Assembly (NCBI GenBank): GCA_900551145.1 | Contig: URUQ01000001.1 | Location: forward strand, 1-46,796 | Direction of reading: 5' to 3' | Origin: an uncultured Eubacteriales bacterium | GTDB lineage: Bacteria; Bacillota; Clostridia; Christensenellales; CAG-917 | Length of the DNA stretch: 46,796 nt | Part shown: one piece after another, positions 30,701 through 39,700 of the stretch | How positions within the stretch are numbered: the first letter of the stretch is position 1 | Layout: each line of letters begins with the position of its first letter | The notes under the pieces: model-generated | Databases searched by the model: none | Told to the model about the DNA's origin: nothing | The model's input: only the letters and a program-made list of their open reading frames with translations | Program-made: the position numbers and the translations under genes

Positions 30701-33700
30701 TGGAAAGCGGAGTGCAATACTTCTATCCCAACGCACCCGAAAAGGCGTACAAAGTCACTTCCGACTTTACCAACTACGTCAAAGCGGTCAATCTCAACCT
30801 TTCCGATCTCATAAACGGTGCGAAGATGGATATCGCGTCAATGCTCGGCGACCTCAGAAGCCTCGAAATCGGCGCGTCTTTGAGCCTCGGAATGAAACTT
30901 TCCGACATCATCAACTGGACGTACCAACTCACGAACTTCATCGACGACGAGTCTATCTGCGATTATCTGTACTTCATCGCATCGTCGTTGACCGACTACT
31001 ATTCGTCCTTTACGAGTACGATCGGTCTCGATCTTGACCTCAAAGTATTCTTGCAAACGGGCGGACTGTTCAGAATGATTGCAGGTGACACCACCGCAAC
31101 TATTCTCGACGTCTTGGAAGGCGCAAAAGTGTATCTCGAACTCACTTATGCCACCAACTACCACGGCGAAAACGCACCCAAGGGTTACTTGTGGGTAGAA
31201 GTAAGAGAAGGCAAACTCTATCTCAACATCGACGTACACGAAATCGGTGAAATCGTCGGTTGGGGCGACTTCTTCTCCTACGGAGTAATCAACGGTCTCG
31301 ACCTCGGCGCGTTGCTTTCGGGTGGCAGTGCATCCCTCGCTTCTACGGCGGCGGATGAAGAGAACGACAATACGGGTATCTTGCCTGCAAATATTTGGGG
31401 CATTATCAACGTCGTCCTCGGCAGATTGCTCATCGCAAACGACTTTATCACGATCGGTTTAAACGAAACTCTTATCGCAGACCTTATCGGTATGCTCGCG
31501 GATAGCGACAGTGCGTTGCTTGCGGGTATCGGACAATTCTTGCCCAAACTCTACACCACCAACGATAAGGACACCAGCGGTATCACCATCAACTTCTACG
31601 GCAATCAACCCAGCGTCGATATCAACCTCGGATTCAAGGTCGGCACGACGTTCTATCTCAGTGTCGAAGACTACAACGCACAATACGGTGTGGGCGGAAG
31701 CCGTATCAAACAAGGTGAAGGCACGACTTGGACGGACGGTATGACCACGTTCGTCAAAGACGGCGACAACTACACGCAAGCAACTTCCTTCTCCGAAGAC
31801 AACTACGTGCTTGTCTCCACCGATGAATATGCGCTCATCTCGTACGCATTCCCGCTCTGGACTGGCGACAGATATTCGTACGAGAACGGCGAATTTAAGC
31901 TTGACAACGCCAACGGCGTCTACCTCAAACAAGGTGATTTCCGTCTTGCGATTTCTCTTGGCAAACTCTATGCAAGAGTCAACAAAGACTTCTCCGTCGA
32001 CAAGGACGAGAAGATGGCAGAAAGAGATAGCGAGGGCAATATTATCCGCGACGCAAACGGCAACGCTTCTTACGGACAATACGTAAGCATTCAAAACGCA
32101 AAACTCAGCCTCGATATGACGATCGACGTATCGTTGTACGGCAGTGGCAGGAAAGAGGACGGAAACGAAATCGATTTGAGCAAGATACTCGACTTGATCC
32201 TCGGTCTCATTAATCCGAATAGCGCAATCTCTGGCTCAACGTTGCGACTTGTCATCAAGAACGCAATCGGCAACGACAGCGGAGCGTTCCTCAAACTCAA
32301 CCTCACTGCAAACGTCGATCTCGAAAATTGGACGGTCGAACTTGCGGTAAGACTCAGAAGAAACACTGTCAAAGACGGTGAAAGCACGTTGCTCGGCTTG
32401 TATCTCGTAGACGACGCGCTTTACGTCGATTTGCAAGGCATACTCGGCGAAACGGCAAAGATTTGCGTAAACGGTCTCAACCTCAGCGGAAAGACGGGCT
32501 TGATCTACGGATTGCTCGGCAAGTACATCGACGGTGAAGCAGGCACTTCTTCCGACGCAAGCACTTCCGACGCAAGCGACATCGAAAAGATTGAGCAAAC
32601 GATGAGAGACTACGCGTACTTTATGATTATGGTCAATCCGCAAAAGTTCTTATTGCAACTCAATGCGGACCTTATCAACGTCATCTATCGCAAGATAATG
32701 CAAATCCGCGGTCTCGATTATAGCGAAGATCTGCTCCCCGACATCGGTGATATCCTTATTAGAGGCGAGACTCGTCAATACGAACTTCTCACCGAAGAGG
32801 AAAAGACGACGTACACGGGCGCAAGATTCCGTAAAGAAGGCAACAACTACGTATACGACGCAGCGGGTGATTATAAGTACGTTCCCGGCGCAACGAAGAC
32901 GAGCATCAACGTACGTTTCAGCGACGGCTTGTACTTCTGCATCGATATCCCTGCGGCTACGGCAAGCAAAGAAATCGTATCTATCAAGAGCGCAACGAGC
33001 AAGTACGGCCTTGCGGACAGCATCGCAAACGGTGAGTTTGGCGATCCTATCCTCGCACTCGACCTCAACTCGCTTATCAATGGCGGAAGCATCGATCTTG
33101 CCAGCCTCAAATTGCCGACAATCGGTTTGAGCACGGTCATCAACGTCAAGATGAAGTCCGACAATTTGAAACCCACCGACGCGAAGTACAAACTTTCGCT
33201 CGCACAATGGACGAGAGACCTCGTCGCGGGCTTGCTTGACGGCACGTCGTTGCTCGGAAACTTCAAGAAGATATCCGAAATGACCGAAGCGGAACTTGCA
33301 AAAGCGGGTAGCAAGACTTACAACTACAACTCTTCGACTCGCGCATACGACTACGTGGAGGACGGCACGGGTGAATACAAGTTCATTATGGCGGACCTCA
33401 ACATCACGATGGCGAGCGAACTTATCGAACTCCAAGTCAAACTCGATGCAAACATCAACCTTGCGGCGATTTTGGCATACGGTATCGGCGGTATCCTTTA
33501 CAGCGATATTGCGGTTGAAATCAGTGCACTCAATAAGCAACTGCTCAGCCTCTACTATCTCGGCTCTTCCAAACTTGCGAAGAACAACGATCCGAAGAGA
33601 AACGATTGGGAATTGACCACGGACGAAGACGGCACGGTGTTCTCCGACGCAATCTACATTGACGCAAGCGGTTTGGGACTCGGCAAGATTAAGTTCCAAG

Positions 33701-36700
33701 GCATCAGCGGTTTGCTCGGCGCATATCCGTATCAAAAGGTCAGCCTCGATGCAATTAGCAGTGCAGACAGCACGACTTCGGCTACGGACACCGGCGCATC
33801 CACTGCAGACGGTGAAGCACTCAACCTAACGGTTGAAATCGAAAACGGCAGTCTCGGCGTGACGTTCGACAAGGCGTTCATCACGACGCTCCTCGGAATG
33901 CTCAACGTCAACCTCGGTATCGAGTTGCCTCCCATCCAATCCGTATCTTTGGATATAGCAACTTCCACCACGGGACTTAAAGCAATCTCCATCGACGCAG
34001 TGCTCGACAGTGTGGGCACCGGTGCGAACATCTCTATCCAAGACCTCAAACTTGCGTTCAGACAAGAAGTGTTCAACGCAAAAGACGTTATCGAATCCGT
34101 TAAGACGGGTTACGCAGGCTTGACGTTCTCCAAGACGTCCGGCTTGATGTCCCTTGTCCAAAACGTTCTCGACAACCTCAAACCGGGTCTTAACATCAAT
34201 ATTCAAAACAAAGTATGGCAGGCGGTGCTCGACGGGGACGTCGCCGCAAAGAACGTTGGTTCAAACATCGTTCTCGACGGCAGAAAGGTGCTTACGTACA
34301 CCAACTTGTCCGATACATCCAAAGAAGAGCAGAACGCAGGCGAGAAGTACAATTTGAGATTTGCACTTTCAAGCTCTCGTGCAACGACGGGACTTACCGC
34401 AATCATCGGTGGTAACAATGCGTTCATCACCAACCTCTCTCTCAAGGGTACACTTATCAAGATAGCGCAAGCACTCGTCAGCTTCTTCGACTGCATCGAC
34501 ATCGGCAGCTTGCTCGGTTCTTCTCCGATGCTTGCTCTCGTCAGCGGAACGGACGGTGACGACGCAAGTTACGTCTATCCGTCGGCGGCAACCACCGCAA
34601 ACGACAAGAATCTTGCCAACATCAAGACGGGTTGGCAGGAAGACGGCTCATATTCTTACACGCCCAATTTGTCCGGCCTTATCAAGAGCGTTGATCTCAA
34701 CCTCTTCAATAACTACGAGTACTGGCCGTACTTTGCGGGTGCACAAGAAATGAGCAAAGGCGCAGGCAAGATTTCCGCGAAGGTCACGCTTGACAAAGAC
34801 GCTTACAACGAGTTGATTCTCATGGTCGATTGTATTGTTATGAACTTGATGAAAGCAATCGGCGATGATAACGAACCGTACATCGCGGACGTTGCAAAAG
34901 CGGGTAAATCCCTTGCAAATGCGGCAATCGACGGTATCGGCACAACCAACGAGTACAAGAACTTCTTCAACGGACTTGACGAACTCGTCAAGAGGAACGC
35001 AACCACACAAGAAAAAGTCAACTATGTTGATAAGGTTGCAAGATCCTTCCCGTTGACGCTCGTCAAGTGGATAATGAACTGTATTGCATTGCCTGCAATC
35101 AAAAATACAATCAACGTATCTTGGGGCACCGTTAAGAACCTTGCGGGTTCGACATTGCTCGACCTTATGAACCTCATCGGTGGCATCCTCCCGATTCCGT
35201 TCGCAAGCGGCGTCATAGACCCGTCAATCAATATCTACATCGACCTCGATCCCAATCCGGCGGAATACGGATGCAGCGGTAAGACGATGCAACCGGGTAT
35301 CCAAGCAATCGAGATTATGGTCAACGGCGAGAAAGCGGGCGCAGGCACGTCGATGAGATATAACAAAGCAAATGGCAACGCCGCAAGCAACACAACCATA
35401 ACTTCGAGTGTAAGCAACGGCAAAGATTTACCGAGCGACGTTTGGGACTTCTTTATGCTTCGTATCACACCGTACAGCACTACGGACGCAAGCTACACGA
35501 CGGGTATGTTGACGTTTGACGACGCAGACAGCGCAAGCGTCATCGGCGTGGAAAAAGTGCCGACCGAGATCGTCATAACCGATCCGGCAACTCGTACGGG
35601 TACTGCCTACTACAAGGGTGAAGAAAAGACCATCCAATTGCGCGACAGCTACTTCTTCAACGCAGAGTACTTCTCTCAAAAGGCGGATGTAAACTTCGCA
35701 TTGAAGAATGGCGGTAAGACCGTCAACACCTACAATCCGAATAGTCCGTATCAAGACGCAACCGGTACGTATATCGTTTGGGATGCGGCCTCCGTCGACC
35801 TCACGGCGGCAGACGACACCGATTCAAGTGGCAGACGCTTTGCGGGCTATGTTTACGGCTATGCACTTAACGTCGTTATGTATGCAATCCCCGTTTACGT
35901 AACCAACGATTACCAACAAACGGATATCAAAGCGTACGATTATAACGCCAATACCGGTAAGTTCGAGAGAAAGAACATCACGCTCGACATCGATAGTCAA
36001 AGCAAGACGTTCAGATCCGAATTGCCCAACCTCGTGCAAATTTCGTTCGCACGCGGTACGTACACGTTCGGTACGGTCATCACCGACGCGACGGGCAACA
36101 CAATGTATGCAGTCATCAAGGACGGCAACGGCTACAAGCAACTTGCAGGCGAAGAAGTCAATAAGGACGGCAACAAGTATAAGCTTGTGCCCGCGTACGT
36201 AGCGGGACTCGTCAAAGACGGCGACACGTTGCAAACCGTCAAAGAGGGTGACTTCACCTACTACGTGATGGATATGACCAAGATGCCGCAAGGAAGAAAC
36301 TTCCCGGCAGGCACTATCGCTTGGGATACCGAGGACTTCGAGTACGATTGGCAAGGTTCGACGACGTGGAAAGACGGCGAGGCTACCAACAGCATCAAAG
36401 TCGGTTATTCCTATCAATGGGGCAGCAGCAATACCGTCAAGAACAAGATTGAAATCACGGCAAAGAACTACAAGATTTCAAGACTCACCTCAATGACGGA
36501 CGCAAACGGCAACAAGGTAAGTTTGAGTAGCGAAAGCGACAAGAAGGGCAATTACACCACAGTTCTCAACATCGATGCTTTGGGCCTCACCACGGACGAT
36601 CTCGTCGGATACCTCAACGGATTCAACCAAGCAACGGTCAAGTACGTTGCGGGTGCAAACACGCCGACTATGAGCCTCGAATGGGATTTGACCTCACTCC

Positions 36701-39700
36701 AAGAAGCACTCAAATCCATCACGGGCGCAGACGGTACGATCGATTACTACAAGGGACTCGAAGCAACTGTCAAAGCAAAGGTCGGCGGTGACAGATTCAG
36801 CATCTCTTCGACGGTGACCAAGGAAGGTCTTGTAACCAACAAGACGGGCTTCGTCGGAAGCGAAACGACATACGAAGGCGTTTACGCACAAGAAGTAAGC
36901 GTCAAGATAGTCGTCAAGGGCAGTGTGTTCTCGTCACTCAACACAGCGTTGACGTTTGACGCGTACTCCGCAAGAGAGATCACGGGCGACGCACTCGGCG
37001 CAATGCTCGATATCAACTTCGCGGGCTCCGACACGTCCACCAAACTCCCCGTCGGTGACAAACTTCAAGTCAAAGCACCGTACGTCAAGATCGGCGACAA
37101 CTACGTCGTTGCGGACGGCAAGAACGGTGGTTATGCAATCGGCGCAAACGACCTCACCTTCGAGGGTTACAAGGCAACGGATTATCCGCTCTACGCACAA
37201 TTGACGATTGGTACGGAATTTAGCGGTAAGCAAGTGGTTTACGTTCCCATCACGGTAAGCACGGTCGCACCCACCACTTACAACGTTGACGTAGCACACG
37301 AAGACACCTTCAATCCGACGTGGTACAACAAAGACGCGTACAAGTCCTTCGACGTATCCTTCGGCACGACCACCAAGCACACGATGTACCCGGATTGGTC
37401 GACGGTAAACTATTACACCAACGCAAAGTGCACGACGCTTAAACCCGATCAAAACATCTACTCGGGCGGAACGATTTACGCACAAGTGCAAGCATACGTT
37501 TACGAGAAAGACGAAAATGGTGAGCCGATGTTCGACAAACCGCTCGGTCTCGTAGACACTGGTACGAAGGACGAAAACGGAAACAAGGTCTTCAAAGCGC
37601 AGACGATTACGCTCAAACTCAACGTCGAGCAACAATCCATCTTGTCCGTCAACTTCTTCTACGACGCACAAATCGGCGACGTCAACGCGTTGACCGACGC
37701 AGAGCGTGAACAAATCAAAGACAAACTCACCGATAAGGCGAACTACACGGGTACCGTTTACGGACAAACGCACGTCATCGGCTCGGAGGCGTTCGGTATC
37801 GACGCACTTGAATTTGCGAAAGACCCGAGCAAGTACTTCAGAACCGGCGCTTGGGGTGATATCAACGGCACAATAGTGCTCGTCAACCTCAAAAAAGGCA
37901 CGTACTCCGGCAAACGTTACACAATCCAAGAGAGCCTCAGCGGTGAATACAAGTACGACGAAGCAAACGACAGATATATCCTCGCAACCGCTTCCGACAC
38001 GGACGTAAAACGCTATGCGTTCACGCAAGACAACGACGGCGACTACAAATACGAGATCGCCAAGAAATCTTACGTAAAACTCACGGCGGGTGAAAAGGGT
38101 GAATCCTACCTCGCATACGTCCAAGGCTGGACGACCAAGATCGAGTCGTCAACCGTGACGGGCAGACAAACCAGAGTCTACGCGGTCATCGGCAACAACG
38201 ATATGGTCCCGATCGATATCCACGTGCCAGATTACACCGTGCAAACCGTATCCTTCAAGAACGGAACGCTCGTCCAAAACGGTGACGTCGCAAACGAATT
38301 GACTCTTACTTACGACGTGATGAACGCGTGGCAATTGCCTTCAACCGCGACCGTAACGGTCAAAGAGGGCGCAAAGGCGTTTGACACCGAAGTGTTCTGG
38401 GATGACAATTCTTCGCCCAACAAGGACGAATTGCGCAAGGACGAAAACGGCGTCTACGTCGTACGCAACTATCACTTCTTCGACAATCTCTCCGTGAGAT
38501 ATCCTCAAACGGGCTCGCTCGGCGCAAAGGTGTACCTTGACAATTACGATATCAACGTTACGATAACGCCCGACGGACAAGCGAATGAATATAACGTATT
38601 CTCGTCCTTCAAGTTTGCGTCTACCGCAACGGTCACCAAGAACGGCGTCGATTATCCGAACGTACCGCTTAAATGGGTTGACAAGTCAATGCCGACCGCA
38701 GAAGAAATCAAGGCAGGCAAGTTCACGAGAAAGGCTTACGTCGCGGCGTTCAGCGTCGGCGAAGACGGCACGATGACTCCTGTATATAAAGACTTCGAGT
38801 TCAAGATCAACAACGGGTTCACTCTTGACGGCATCGACGGCAACTATGCAGACGGCTTTGCAATCACTCGCGAAGGCGCGGCGTTCTTCCTCGGATTGCC
38901 GAGAGCAAGCGTTGTCAACGTCAACGGTGAGAGAATAGAAGTCGCACTTGCGTGGAGCGACGCATACACCAAGGAAGCAGGCTTCAACGGCGATATGACG
39001 CTCACTATCGCGAGCAAGTGGCTCACCTCCACCGTCACGGCAAACGTAACGGTCAAGGGCGAGAGCATTGACAGACTCAAAGATTACGACGGCACGCCGT
39101 ACTCGTTTGATCCGTTCTGGAAAGAAGGCAACTTCTTCCGCTCGGGTGAAGTCAGAACAATCGTCACCAAGGGTAGCGCACTCGAAGCGGGCGTCACGGT
39201 AACGTATTCGCTTGCGGATATCGATCCTGCAAACCTTAAGAGCGACGCAGACTTCTACGCCAACGTCAGCAAGTACTTCGGAAGAAAGTACACGATAGGC
39301 GTGACTTACACCTACTTCGGCGGTGCAGACGTGATGACGGAGACGGGCACTATCGATATAGCAGTCGGTGACAGAACCGTATTGTTCGTATCCGATTATG
39401 CGTATCGTGCAATCTTGGTCGACACCTTCCTCAACACCGACGCAAGCTATCTCGAAAGAGAGCTCTGGGTTGCAACGGCAGGCGTATGGGGCGACGTGCT
39501 TGCATACTTCGATTGGACGCAAGTGGACGCACTCATCAAGGATAGAAAGAGCGACTCCAAACATATGGCAACCGTAATCGTCGGTATCGAGAGTGCGGAC
39601 GGACAATACGTCTATCAAGATATTTACGGCACGCACGTTGACGAAAACGGAAACGTCTTAATGGGCGACGGTAAGAAAGAATACGTGACGATTGACGAGT

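Noticed and set aside
23161-30790. RHS/YD-repeat polymorphic toxin interpretation of the Tyr-rich islands
   Set aside because: The YD consensus (GxxxRYxYDxxGRL) is absent, and there is no RHS core-closing PxxxxDPxGL motif. There is no C-terminal toxin domain or immunity gene downstream, and the islands are embedded in another repeat architecture.
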